Shown here: positions 1-10,865 of the stretch, piece by piece | Layout of the letters: every line of letters starts with the position of its first letter | How positions within the stretch are numbered: position 1 is the stretch's first letter | NCBI RefSeq assembly: GCF_004010195.1 | Contig: NC_057758.1 | Span: 7,714,107-7,746,454, forward strand | Direction of reading: 5' to 3' | DNA: 32,348 nucleotides | Source of the DNA: Chiloscyllium plagiosum | Lineage: Eukaryota | Notes under the pieces: model-generated | Told to the model about the DNA's origin: nothing | Databases searched by the model: none | The model's input: the letters and a program-made list of their open reading frames with translations, nothing else | Made by a program: the position numbers and the translations under genes

Positions 1-45
1 GTATACTTCTTGCATTGAAGTATACACACTTCAAGCCACTTTCCT
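1..45 (-). mobile_element. Start of CR1 ORF2 apurinic endonuclease, running off the window edge
   Basis: Reverse strand reads SGLKCVYFNARSI, a typical APE N-terminal motif, just downstream of ORF1. Confidence 0.85.
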
Positions 46-150
46 GTTTACAGGCACCCTCCTTTGAAATTGATGCCATGTTCCTAACCTCCCTACACTC
101 CAGGTCCTGCACCCTAAAGCTACAGTCTGGGTTCCCATGTCCCTGCAGAG

Positions 151-999
151 TTACTTTAAACCCCCCAACAAGAGCACTAGCAAACCTCCCACAAGGATAC
201 TGGTGCTCCTCAGGTTCAGGTGCAGACCATCCTGTTTATAGAGGTCCCACCTTCCCCAGACAGAACCCCAGTTATCCAAATACCGGAATCCCTCCCTCCT
301 GCACAATCCCTGTAGCCACGTATTTAACTGTTCTCTCTCCCTATTCCTCGACTCTCTATCACGTGGCACGGGTAACAAACCAGAGACAACAACTCTGTTC
401 GTTCTAACTTTGAGCTTCCAACCCAGCTCCTTGAAAGCCTGCCTAACATCCTCAGTGCTCCTCCTACCTATTTCATTGGTGCCAATGTGGACCACGACTT
501 CGGGCTGCTGCCCCTCCCCCTTAAGGATCCGGGAAACACGATCAGAGACATCACGTACCCTTGCACCTGGGAGGCAACATACCAAACGTGAGTCTCTCTC
601 GTTCCCACACAACCGCCTATCTGTGCCCCAAACGAGCGAGTCCCCAATTACTATTGCTCTGCTCTTCTCCACCCTTCCCTTCTGAGTAACGGGGACAGGC
701 TCCGTGCCAGAGGCCTGAGCCCCGTTACTTACCCCTGGTAAGTCGTCCCCCCCACAAGTATCCAAAACGGTATACTTGTTCTTGAGGGGAACGGCCGTAG
801 GGGGTCCCTGCACTGGCTGCTTCCTCCCAGTCCCCCTCACTGTCACCCATCTATCTGCCATCTTTGGAGTTACTACTTCCCTAAAGCTCCGATTTATGAC
901 CCCCTCTGCCTCCTGAATGATCGTAAGTTCATCCAACCCCAGCTCCAGTTCCCTAACACGGTCTTGGAGGAGCTGGAGATTGGTGCACTTCCAGCAAGT
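151..999 (-). CDS. CR1-clade LINE ORF1 (zinc-finger/leucine-zipper remnant plus SGNH/GDSL esterase domain); 5' end lost in assembly gap
   Basis: ORF 151..936 extends upstream in frame to 999 (TCWKCTNLQLLQDRVRELELGLDEL). It contains SGNH blocks VIGDSL, LPGA, VHIGTNE and DGLH. Confidence 0.93.
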   Translation of the reverse strand, partial: TCWKCTNLQLLQDRVRELELGLDELTIIQEAEGVINRSFREVVTPKMADRWVTVRGTGRKQPVQGPPTAVPLKNKYTVLDTCGGDDLPGVSNGAQASGTEPVPVTQKGRVEKSRAIVIGDSLVWGTDRRLCGNERDSRLVCCLPGARVRDVSDRVSRILKGEGQQPEVVVHIGTNEIGRRSTEDVRQAFKELGWKLKVRTNRVVVSGLLPVPRDRESRNREREQLNTWLQGLCRREGFRYLDNWGSVWGRWDLYKQDGLHLNLRSTSILVGGLLVLLLGGLK

Positions 1000-1001
1000 G
1001 T

Positions 1002-1015
1002 NNNNNNNNNNNNNN
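1002..1015. other. Assembly gap (14 N)
   Basis: Run of N; sequences on the two sides are unrelated. Confidence 1.
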
Positions 1016-1059
1016 TCTCAGTCACAATCCTCCAACTCAGCATCACTCTCTTGATCTGT

Positions 1060-1338
1060 CCATTAGCTTTTCGAATTATTAACTCCACTCTTCTCTCTGA
1101 CCTGTCATCTTCTTGCCACCTTCATCTGCCTGTTGCATTCTCAGCTACCTGTCCCCAAGCCACACACTCCGTCTATTTGTCTCTCAGCCCGATTGTCCAA
1201 CAAGCCTCATTCCTGATGAAGGACTTACACCGTGAAGTTCGACATCACTGTTCCACAGATGCTGTCTGACCTGCTCTGCTTTTCCAGCACCTCACTGTCG
1301 ACTCGGATCCCCAGCATCTGCTGTCTTCACTTTCTCCC
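1060..1338 (+). mobile_element. Penelope-like element 3' end / terminal repeat
   Basis: C/T-rich tract, then attcctgatgaagg...gatgctgtctgacctgctctgcttttccagcac...ccagcatctgc. The same terminus follows the GIY-YIG remnant at 17320-17405. Confidence 0.75.
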
Positions 1339-1604
1339 ACAACTGGTTGTTAGGAATGGAGATCTGATCCAGTGGGTGTGGAATGACAGAGCTCGGCATT
1401 GTTTTACGCACCTGTGCTCCCCCCACTATTAAGCTTGCATGCATTTCTTTATTATATCTTCAGCAAGATCATCCCTCATTCCTAATGTGCACTTGGTGCT
1501 GCTCTTGACATCCTCTTCATTTAAGCACTGTCGCTGGGAAATAGCGATTGAAGTGAATACCCAGGCCATGAGGTTATCAATAACATTGAAGTTCGTTTCA
1601 TTTT

Positions 1605-1712
1605 TCTTCAATTGGCGCGACCTGTATCTCTGTTGTTGCCTGCATTCTTTGCCCAGCCCTAGCTCTCTTTGAGAAGGTGACGGTGAGCTAACTTCTTGCC
1701 CAACTGCAGTCT
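1605..1712 (-). mobile_element. 3' end fragment of an old CR1/L2-like LINE family
   Basis: ttgagaaggtgacggtgagc resembles ttcgaaggtggtgatgagc at about 15440, which begins a longer LINE remnant. Confidence 0.5.
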
Positions 1713-1921
1713 CATCTTCAGTTGTTCTTGACCACAGTGTGCATTGGATGCCGAGGTTTGGAGCTGCCCGCTTCGTTTGAAATAACTTTTATCGACGTCG
1801 AGAACACCACCGAATGGCCCAAAGTGCTATACAGGAACTGCTAAAATAAACGCACACGGATTCCTAGAATGGGGCAACAGATCAGACATTTCCCCCATCT
1901 GTCTTGTTTAAAGACACAGAA

Positions 1922-2008
1922 TGAAGGAGAGAGATACAGAGCGAGAGAGAGAGACAGCGAGAGAAAGAGAGAGAGAGATAAAACAAAAGAGAGGGTGAGA
2001 GAGAGATG
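1922..2008. repeat. Imperfect (GA)n microsatellite
   Basis: Direct inspection. Confidence 0.9.
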
Positions 2009-2239
2009 GACTTAGATAGTGTAGGCTTGCAACAGTGACTTCAACTTGAATTCGTTGCCTGCACATTACACTGGCACATTCCGACCCTAGGAAAGTGAGA
2101 TAAAAAATGATCTCAGCTCCCTTTCATCCCACCATTTCCTCCCCAAGAACTCTTTGCTTCTTCTCGATCAACATTTCCAACTGTCGCCATAGTTCACGCA
2201 ATATCGTTTCGATTTTCCAAACGACCTCTTCTGTACTGC

Positions 2240-2615
2240 ATTATTCTTTCTTTCTATGACTCCATCTCGGTGTCTCATCCTTTCTTGCATTTACTTATGT
2301 CCCGACCTTTCTCGTAATTCTCTCTGGCTTTTTCTCACTTCATTCCTTTCTCTCTTTGTTTCTCTCCTACCTATCTGTCTCCATTTTTGCCTCTCAATCT
2401 GTAGCTCTGCCTTACTCTGATTTCACCTTCTGTTTCTTCTCACTCATTCACTGCTTTTCTGCATCTCTTTCTACCACTGTCTCTACATGTGTTCCAGTGT
2501 TCCTTTCTCTTCTTGATCGCATTCTAATCGTTTGCGTCATTACCACTCATCCACGTTCTTCTCTCACCATCTCTGCCTTGCTTCATGCTATCTCTCTGCA
2601 TCTCTCTCTCACGCT
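2240..2615. repeat. Pyrimidine-rich low-complexity tract (decayed (CT)n)
   Basis: Strong C/T bias. The overlapping F/S/L-rich ORF is compositional. Confidence 0.75.
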
Positions 2616-3339
2616 GCCTGATTTATTTGTCCAGAGTGTTAAACAGTATTGATTCTTCGTTGTTTTGTGGAATAACTGCTTTCAAATGGTCCTGCCTTCT
2701 CGCTGCTCACCATCAGATTTTTTTACTGAAGTTGCAAGGAATGAGCTGTCACAGAATATGATACAGCAGCTCACTGTCTATCTGTTGGGACAATGCATAG
2801 ATCTGAATGGCTGAATATCCGATAATCACCAGGTTATATCCTTAATATTGTAAAATAACGTGAGTTTTATTTGTCGGTAATATCTGAAGAGAAGCTTCCC
2901 AGAGACAAGCATTGTGGCCATTATCGTTGGAGAACTACAGACTTTGTTTTCAAGGGATGTGATTGATTCTCGATGAATCTTGCATTTGTAAAGCGACCCA
3001 TTTAACCCGGTATTGTTCACTAGTTTAAAGGTACTGCAGCCTCCATTCGTTTTGTGACATCCACTACATTTCTGGACCTAAAGCCTGAGCTAGGTGTAAG
3101 CACAACGAAGAGAGATAGCACAAAAGAGCTTTAAAAGCATGGGTTCCATGCATTGAACACAGTTCTGAAGGTGTTAACATGTGCACATTTCTCCTTGTAC
3201 AGGAAAAGGATTAGTGGATCCAACCACACGATGGTATTGAACAAAGGTGAGCAAGATGGACTGTTTCCCGCTCAAAATTGAGAGAGAACCCATGGGGTGT
3301 GGAATCAGGCACGATTTCAAATGACTTGAAATGAAACAT

Positions 3340-3490
3340 ACTTGATTGAAAAAGTTGTTTATTCCTCAAAGCACAGATGTTTGTACTGGAATTGCTGTCT
3401 GGAAGTAAGGCGGAGATAAATTGTATTGAGGTTTTTAAAAGAGGCATTTAATGGAGATTTGAACAGAATGGATATGCAAGATGCTAGCGA
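3340..3490 (+). mobile_element. Highly decayed CR1 3' fragment
   Basis: tggaattgctg...gaggtttttaaaagaggcatt...gatttgaacag resembles the CR1 ORF2 C-terminus seen in better copies in this window. Confidence 0.4.
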
Positions 3491-3884
3491 AATCCAAGGA
3501 TATTGCTATTCAGTTATGAATCTCTTTCAAACAGTCAATTCAAAAAGTTCGGATCGAGCGACCTCCCGGGGCACAGCCAGACTTTTTGTGAGTTTGTGGA
3601 CCATATGCCAAACATACAGCAAGGTTTGGGCTAAAAACAGAACGTGGTGGTATTTGTCTGAGTGTGGCTTCAAGGATCACGGAAGTCAATGGAGACCATG
3701 GGAACCAATGGTTGCAATTGTATTTGTCACAGATCAAAGCAGTATTCACTCCAGAGGTCTAATCATTTCAGCCCAGGATATCCACAGAATGGTGCTCTCT
3801 GCACAGTTGCATTCATATCCTTCCACAATGACCTTGAATGCTTGATGTTTAAAATGTCACACTTGATTAAGTAAGAGTTAATGA

Positions 3885-3973
3885 AGCTTCTTGGATTATG
3901 CCTGAGCTGCTGTGCTGTTCCAGTACCACACTCTAGACTCTAATCTCGACAATTTGCAGTCTTCACTTTCTCC
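3885..3973 (+). mobile_element. Penelope-like terminal repeat fragment (3' half)
   Basis: ctgctgtgctgttccagtaccacactctagactctaatctc...gcagtcttcactttctcc aligns with 1270-1337 and 4720-4775. Confidence 0.75.
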
Positions 3974-4159
3974 TAAACTTGCAAATGGCAGACCTGTTTG
4001 CTTGATATCAATGATGGGAAGACTGATTGGAGCCAAAGTACGAAATAAGTTAAAGTATACACTATACAGAAAACAGGAAAATGATGTCTCATAGTCAGAA
4101 CATGAGGGAGTACTGTGAATGTTGTTTCTTGGAATTTCAGAAAGTATTTGTTACACTGC

Positions 4160-4460
4160 CACGTGACATATTGTTTATCAAATATCAAATATTCGGGATT
4201 GATTGATCATTGGCAACATGGATTAAAAATCGTTAAAAGATTGAAAACAGACAGAATGGGAGGTAGTCGATTCACAGATCGGAGACAGTCTGAAGTGGCG
4301 GTTCCAGGCATAACTTCCTGAATCCTTATTGTTTTTTACTTACTCAGAGAATCATTGAGAGATAGTTAATGAGAGTAAAATCCCTCAATTCAGAAAGGAC
4401 ATTGTTTAGGGCCAATAGTGAATTGCGAAGATTCTAAGCAACTTCAGCTCGACATTAACA
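4160..4460 (+). mobile_element. Highly decayed CR1 reverse transcriptase fragment
   Basis: Colinear traces of the WI..W...RKQRV, SGVPQG and LQxDI motifs, with many lesions. Confidence 0.55.
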
Positions 4461-4569
4461 TAATAAAACTCCCGCAGCATGTAAAATCTTTTTCAGGAGT
4501 TTTTTTCTGAAAAACGAATTTGTTCGAAAACTCACTTCAACATGTTGGGGTGGATGCAATATTTCATCG

Positions 4570-4775
4570 AAAGGTGCAGGGCTGGAAAGATAAGCAACAC
4601 AGGCCGCATCCGAGGATCAGGAGGGTCGACGTTTTGGGCATTAGCCCTTCAGCAGGAATTCCTGATCATTGCCATATGCCTGAAATATCGAATCTCCTGC
4701 TCCGCAGATACTGCTTGACTGGCTGCTCTTTTCGAGAACCACACACTTCGTCTCTGATCTCCAGCATCTGCAGCC
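4570..4775. mobile_element. Head-to-head inverted pair of Penelope-like terminal repeats
   Basis: Palindromic centre caggaattcctg (4653-4664). The left arm is the reverse complement of the repeat and the right arm is the sense copy. Confidence 0.8.
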
Positions 4776-5082
4776 GTAACGTTCTGCTCGATACAGTATT
4801 GCCAAGCACGTCAATTCATTAACTGAAGGTACTGTGTGTTCTTATAAATGGAAACTGGGCTCTGACCATCTCCGTATCCCGCCAAGGGGATCAGCTGAAG
4901 ATGTGGAGAGCACGGCTATTGTTGCTTGAGTTTCTGGTGCTGGAACATCCCATCGAGTCTGAATGTGGATTAAGAGGACGCTTTCTCTTTGGAGGTAAGT
5001 CAGCTTTTCCGTCTCCAATCTGACTAGCCACTCCGAGAGACGGGAGGAATTGACGGACTTGAAACGTCATTCAGGTGAATCA

Positions 5083-5344
5083 CAGATTAGATTACTTACT
5101 GTGTGGAAACGGGCCCTTCGACTCGCCAAACCGCCACCCACCCAGACCAATTCACCCTACATTTATCCCTTGACCAAACACTACGGGCAATTTAGAATGG
5201 CCGATTCACCTAACCTGCACATTTTTGGACTGTGGGAGGAAACTCCCACGCAGACACGGGGAGAATGTGCAAACTCCACACAGTTAGTCGCCAGAGGCAG
5301 GAATTGAACACGGGTCTCTGGCGCTTTGCCAACCGTGCCGCCCA
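5083..5344 (-). mobile_element. HE1-like tRNA-derived SINE
   Basis: Reverse strand: gggcggcacggttgg head, B-box-like gtgttcaattcc, core gtgtggagtttgcacattctccccgtgtctgcgtggg, LINE-like tail with (aatct) repeats. Confidence 0.9.
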
Positions 5345-5589
5345 CAAAGATGTCCCCCAGTTTGAATCGACTTGCTTAACGTAGTTCTCAAAGAGGTCTG
5401 CCCCTTAACGAAGATTCTCATTTTAAGGTTGCTAATAAATTTACTAAAAAAGAGTTCTCACTTTTGTACATTGGTTTCAGTTACCGAGGAACGATTTTCC
5501 TTTATCTTCACCTTTCTACGTACATCTAAGTTTTTGTTTCGAACTATAGTTCTGGTCCGAGTGCTCATTGGTTATGCCAAAAGGAGAGC

Positions 5590-5850
5590 ACAGAGCTCAG
5601 TCCCTAGCTCCATCTCCCCTGTTCCGATTACAGAAGAATGCCAGTGTACATTCCCTGATTGCATTGTCGATAATAGTCCACAGTGGAGTACAGTGTACAG
5701 ACCATGTCTCGACCTTCCCTATCAGATCACGCTGGGAGTACTGCGTACAGGCCCGATCTCTATCTCCCCTGCTCAGACCACACTGGGAGAACAGTGCACA
5801 CTTCCTGTCATACTTTCCTTTTCCCGAACACACTTGAAGTAGCGTACATT
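5590..5850 (+). repeat. Degenerate tandem repeat of about 50 bp (4-5 units)
   Basis: Units ccacagtggagtacagtgtacag, tcacgctgggagtactgcgtacag, ccacactgggagaacagtgcacac and acacacttgaagtagcgtac, spaced about 50 bp apart. Confidence 0.65.
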
Positions 5851-6211
5851 ATATCTGTCTACTTATACTCTGAAATTGCTTTCCTGTCAGGGGCGATCTT
5901 TGGATGCGACAGAATCCTGGGAGCTGTAGACAGGGGCCTTGTCGGAGAAATGAGTACATAGTCCCTAATAAATGTTTCTGGTTTTATAAATGCTGTGTGG
6001 TCAGATGATGAAAGACTGGGGAGTTGTCAATGTCGACTGCGACGTTACCACTCCCACAACAGCTCCAACTATTGACAGATAGTGTCAGTCTTCATAACAT
6101 GACATTCATTGCGAATTGTGCTAATTAAAATCACTTAATTTCTAACTGGTCTCAACTTTTATTCTGACGTTTCAATAGTGGAGAGCCGTTTCTGAGCTCG
6201 CAATCAGGCAC

Positions 6212-6420
6212 ACCACACTCCCTCAGCACTGATCCCCTGATTGTGCGAGCTTCCTGAGCACGGACCCTCCAATCCTGCAGGAACCTATCAGCGCTAACCC
6301 TCCAATCGTGTGTAGATACCTCAGAAGTAACTGTTCAACAGCCTGGCACTCCCTCCCAACTGACACTCTGACATTACAGAGCTCTGACAGCGCTGATCTT
6401 CTGAGAGTGCATACCTCCTT
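6212..6420 (+). repeat. Degenerate tandem repeat of about 33 bp
   Basis: Recurring cactccctcagcactga(c/t)cc..., gagcacggaccctccaat, agcgctaaccctccaat, cactccctcccaactgacactctgaca, agcgctgatcttctgagagtgca. Confidence 0.65.
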
Positions 6421-6740
6421 CAGGTGAGCTCGGTGTGAATATTGTGGAGACAGCAGGAGCAGTGGGCCTTTGCTTGCATAGATTCTTGGTTATCAACGTC
6501 AGTTGTGAAGATTGGAGCACTTTGGATGTTTCTCCATAGATGTGCGATGGATTGAGCGTGGGTAGGGTGTGGAAGGATTTTCTAGTGGTTGTAGTAATCA
6601 AAATTTGACGAGGCAGCTAAAGAGAAAAGACCAGGATGAACTATTTCCGACTCGGAAATGATCAGTGAACCAGAGGATGTCCGGCTAGGCACTCATTAAA
6701 AGTGGTTAGAATATACAATGAACAGCGACACTGTTCATTG

Positions 6741-7056
6741 AGGCAGTTCAGTGGCTCAGTTTCTAGCACTGCTGCCTCACAGCGCCAAGGACCTGAGTTC
6801 AGTTTTAGAATTGGGCGAATGTCTATGTGGACTTTCCACATTCTTCCCGGGTCAGCGTGAGTTTTTTCTGGGTGCTCTGGTTTCCTCCCACAATTCAAAT
6901 ATGTGCAAGTTAGTTGAATTGGCCGTGTTAAATTGCCCATAGTGTTCAGAGATAATTGCACAATAATGGAACAGGGTGGGTGGGTACCTCTTCAGAGGGT
7001 GGGAGGAGACTTGCTGGGCTGAAGGGCCTGTCTTTACACTGTCGGAATTCCATTCT
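6741..7056 (+). mobile_element. HE1-like tRNA-derived SINE (older copy)
   Basis: gtggctcagtttctagcactgctgcctcacagcgccaaggacctgagttca head (A/B boxes), ggtttcctcccaca core, gggctgaagggcctgt tail. Confidence 0.9.
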
Positions 7057-7439
7057 TTTAAAAAGGAGTCAGAAACGAATCAGTTTCTTAAGAACAGAGT
7101 TTTCTAATGCATTGGAGTCTCATTGACCTTCGGATGCCGAAAGTTTCTCAAATCCAAAACGCAGTCAAATGACGACTGATTGGAAGGGCAGTCACTTTCA
7201 CCTTACCTCTTGTGCTTCCCCTTATTATGTCGAAATTTGGAATAAAAGTGTCATGGATTTAAGTCCAGTAAACAAGGCGAATAATTATGAATTGACAACA
7301 AACACTTGCCTTCGAAGTGATACTTCTTGAGAGAGAAAATATACCTTTAGTTTGCTTCTGAAGCAAGAGGCCATGACAAGATTTCAGATCCTATATAGAT
7401 TCACAGTTCAATCAACACCATTTGCATTTTGTAGCAAAC

Positions 7440-8175
7440 GTATACACTGGGTCGGGGTTGAAAGAGCACTGAAAGTTAAATATATGTGTGGGGTTGGCAC
7501 TGGCTAAACCAATTTGGAAGACAACAAGTGGATGCAGGGGCAGCATAATGTGAAAGGTCGTGGGAGAGGTTTTAATGGATAACTGGGAAGGAAGATGAAC
7601 TGGTATAATAAATCAAAATGGCAGTGTCTCGTTGGAGCATTGGGCCTGGGATAAGGTGGAAGGCTGGCAGCTTTGAAAACTAGTGAAATTGTTATTGATT
7701 TTGTGTGGTTTAACGGTGCCAAGTTGGAAGACCAGACGTTGTTCTTGCAGTTGTTGGGTCGTTTGTATTTCGTGGTCAGGGAGTCCCTGGACTTGCTTGC
7801 CGTTGGAGGAATGTGAGGGGCTGTTGACGTGGTCGGCCATTGTTTGGTAGGTTTGTTTGGTGCATGTCTTCCTAAGATGTTCCCTGAAAAGCTCCGGGAG
7901 TTTTCGTCCTGTTACAATGTAGAGAAGACCACATCAATTGCAACGGACACAGTATATGAGATGGATGGATGTGAAAAGATCATTTGGGGCCTTGAACGGA
8001 GTTGATGGGGATGGCTAAACATCTCCTATGGCAGCAAAATGAAAGTTCCTGTTGTGGAGGGTGGGTTGGTGGAGGGCGTGGACCTAACATGTGAGTCACC
8101 GAGGAAATGGTCTCTGTGAAACCCAGATAGGGATGGGTTGATAAATATACCTCTGGCGGTGAGATACGATTACAG
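7440..8175 (-). mobile_element. Penelope-like element fragment (GIY-YIG endonuclease region), decayed
   Basis: Reverse translation GLLYI..GRKLPELFREHL...MADHVNSPSHS...LQEQRLVFQLGTVKPHKINNNF; homologous to 16834-17100. Confidence 0.85.
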
Positions 8176-8180
8176 GTGAC

Positions 8181-8441
8181 AGAGATTTAAAATGGACCTA
8201 AGATACAGCAGGTTCACACAGGCTGCCATGCGTGTTTGCAATATGCTGCTAGAGCAAGTGGTGGAGACTCGTGCAATTATAATATATTTAAAGGTACTTT
8301 GATGGGTATGTGAATAGGAGGAGTTTAGAGGCATATAGGCCAAATGCTGACAAATATGACTAGATTAATTTCGGATATCTGGATGTCATGGACACGTTGG
8401 AACCAAGGGGCATTTTCTTTGCTATACATCTTTCTGACTCT
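8181..8441 (+). mobile_element. CR1 LINE 3' fragment with 3' UTR
   Basis: RFKxDLR..FTQ-like coding trace followed by ggacacgttggaaccaagggg...ctgactct tail. Confidence 0.8.
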
Positions 8442-8444
8442 TAG

Positions 8445-9210
8445 AGTAATTGTGAAGTCATTGACTTTGGGAGGTAGATGCAAGAGGAATTAATACAGTA
8501 ACTGGCAGAACCCTGAGGAGCATTGATGCGCCAATGATTCTCAGGGTGCAAATTCATTCCTGCCTGAAAGTGACAGCAAAACAGATAAAGTGGCAAAGAA
8601 GACATGTGAATTGGTAGCCTTCATCAGTCAGGATGTTGAGTGTAACAGCTGGCAAATTATGCGGCAGCTGTAAAAAAACAAAAGGTTTGGTCACAGTTGT
8701 AGTGTTGCGTACATTTGTTTTTTTACCATAGCACAAGAAACATATGGAGGCCTCGGCCTGGATGCAAAAAGGGTTTCAAGGATGCTGTCTGGATTAGAGT
8801 GCATTTGCCATGAGTCGAAGTTAAATAAACTTAGAACGTTTTTATGAGAGTTTTCGAGGGAACGTTGTGACTTGATAGAGGTCGATAAAATTACGAGTAG
8901 CAAGAGCACGGTCTTCTTCACGGGGTAGAAATATCAGATGTAAGGATTAAGATGAGAAGGGGAATCATTAACGGAGTTATCTGAGGTAAGATATTTTCTT
9001 CATGCAAAAGGATGACAAGTGCCTGTAGCAAGCAACCAGCTGGTGTGGATATGTTAAAAGCAGGTACGATAGCAACGTTTCAGAGTGATTTGGGCAGAAA
9101 CATGAGTATGCAGGAAATAGAGGTGTTCTGTACATGTTCAGACGAATTCAATCAGTGTAGAAATGCAGCATATGTCTGAACAGACACGGTTGCTGTATTG
9201 CTCTATGTTT
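8445..9210 (+). mobile_element. CR1 LINE 3' fragment, decayed
   Basis: Traces of CEVIxFGR, xGVQIHSxLKV, RMLSGL and RxDLIEVxKI, then a tail ending gctgtattgctctatgtt. Confidence 0.85.
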
Positions 9211-10739
9211 AAAATCATAATGGTAGAATATGCAGATAAGAGTGGGAGAGCGATAATTTAAGTGGTCAATTAGAGTGTGAGATAGAGAGGGAGATGAAGA
9301 AGAGGGAAGCCTAAACATGAACAAAGATAGACAGACGGAGAGAGAGGAGAGCTCACGAACGTTTCAGCGGAAATAATAACAGGAAAAATGAATGATCTGT
9401 AGACCCTTCACCAGCATCTTTTGGAGCTCCAAAATCTTTCAGAGTGCTGTGCACATAATGACTTGCATTTACAACTCTAATAGAGGAATCATGACCAGAT
9501 ACTTGTTCATCACAGTGATGGATCAGTCTTTTTTTAAAAAAAAAGTAATCACCCTCTGAACATGTATGCACGAGGGGTAATTTAAAGTCTATTCAGTGTT
9601 GTTACTCAAAATGACAGATGGGCTCCCACAACTTTCAGGGTCGGGTATTGGTGGAACCCTCCTCTGACCAGTCTTTTTAAAATCTGAATCCCACTGTTAG
9701 AAGTGGTTAGCCATTTACGTTTGAGCAAATCAGATTCCAATCTGTGCCGTTCCCTCCCGTCAGACCATCCTCTGTGTGATGTTCAATTCACAGGAGGTCG
9801 GCTTGTTTGGCTGAGGGAGGGTACACGGTGGAAAGTCAGCATCGGTCCTCCATTCCCAGGTAAGGACGTACGTACTGAGATCTCGCAGTGTTAGGAGTCA
9901 ACTGTGAGTACATCCAGGGTCATTCACTTCGCACCGTGGACACGACTGCACCACCAACTCTGGAGTTTGTATCCTTCTAGTGAGGCAAGGATAGAATGTG
10001 CACTGCTCCCGATCGAAGCTGAGACTTGTTGGTAAACAATGATTCTCTTATGCTGACTGTATTGGAGCTATAAGATGTCAGTATTCTCTTGCCTTTTCTT
10101 AACTCCCCCTCTCTTTCTGTCAATATGAGCAAACACACAAATCACAATGAAAAATGAGTAACAAACAAGGGGTTGCAATCAATGCTATAAGTTTTATTGC
10201 CACAATCAGAACGTAATGTTTCAGGGGTGATGACATTGACTCAGTGGAGCTGAGCCTGAACAACAGGAATACAGTTAGTATCAGTTGGAGTCTAAGAGTC
10301 GCCGCAAACATTGGACAATTCCCAATGTCTCAATTATTTCTTCTTACAGCAGCGTGACCCTTCACGGCAATACACAACGATGTATACTTCTCCTGGATCG
10401 CAGCAATTCGCTCTGCACACTCCTCCGACAAATTCACAAGAGGAGAATTCACCTTGCCAACAGAAAGGGAGACATTATTGAAGCAACGGTCAAGACAGAC
10501 CAACCCTGATGCCTGCTATCACTGATATACATGGACCTCAGAACGCTGTACAATATTCCCATTACCATTTTACCGAGTGACAAGGAGAAGAGAACTATTG
10601 GACCACAGTAAAGTAACGGCACAAGCCGAGAGAACTTTCAGCCCAAAAGCTCTGTGCTGGTCGAAAGATAAAGTCGCCTATTCTGGCTCAACATTCCAGG
10701 ACCTGATGTGTATTGTTACAATTTCCAGAGTTACCCGTA

Positions 10740-10865
10740 CAGATTCAAGTTCAATTCGTATGCATCTCTTCTGGACTTTCTCTAGAGCACTGATGCTCTC
10801 CCTGTAATGTGCTAACCAGTTTTCCGCAACAAACCTCCGGCTGAGTTCAAACCAGCGGCTCACAA
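10740..10865 (-). mobile_element. Short CR1 RT C-terminal fragment
   Basis: W-AHYRESISALEKVQKRCIR in ORF 10678..10989 matches PYFRKDVEALEKVQRRFTR of the 26-kb copy. Confidence 0.7.

Noticed and set aside
15..685. Plus-strand ORFs 15..407 and 410..685
   Set aside because: Antisense shadows of CR1 ORF1.
2793..2865. Possible GPCR first exon (MAEYPIITRLYP...gtgagt)
   Set aside because: In-frame stop, and similarity too short to support.
3426..3845. 139-aa ORF
   Set aside because: Starts in a CR1 remnant at a non-ATG codon and has no recognisable domain.
5372..5961. Overlapping ORFs of 78-156 aa
   Set aside because: Explained by the degenerate 50-bp repeat; no protein family signal.
6741..6810. 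tRNA gene
   Set aside because: The A/B-box-like head belongs to a SINE and no cloverleaf forms; the same holds at 5300 and 29750.
9335..9418. Minus-strand ctggtgaagggtc...ctgaaacgtt, a possible further hammerhead/PLE relic
   Set aside because: Core mutated and spacing about 40 nt without a clear stem; too degraded to call.
9560..10700. Stretch not assigned to any repeat
   Set aside because: No ORF, RNA structure or motif I can support. It is probably old repeat or unique intergenic DNA and needs a database search.
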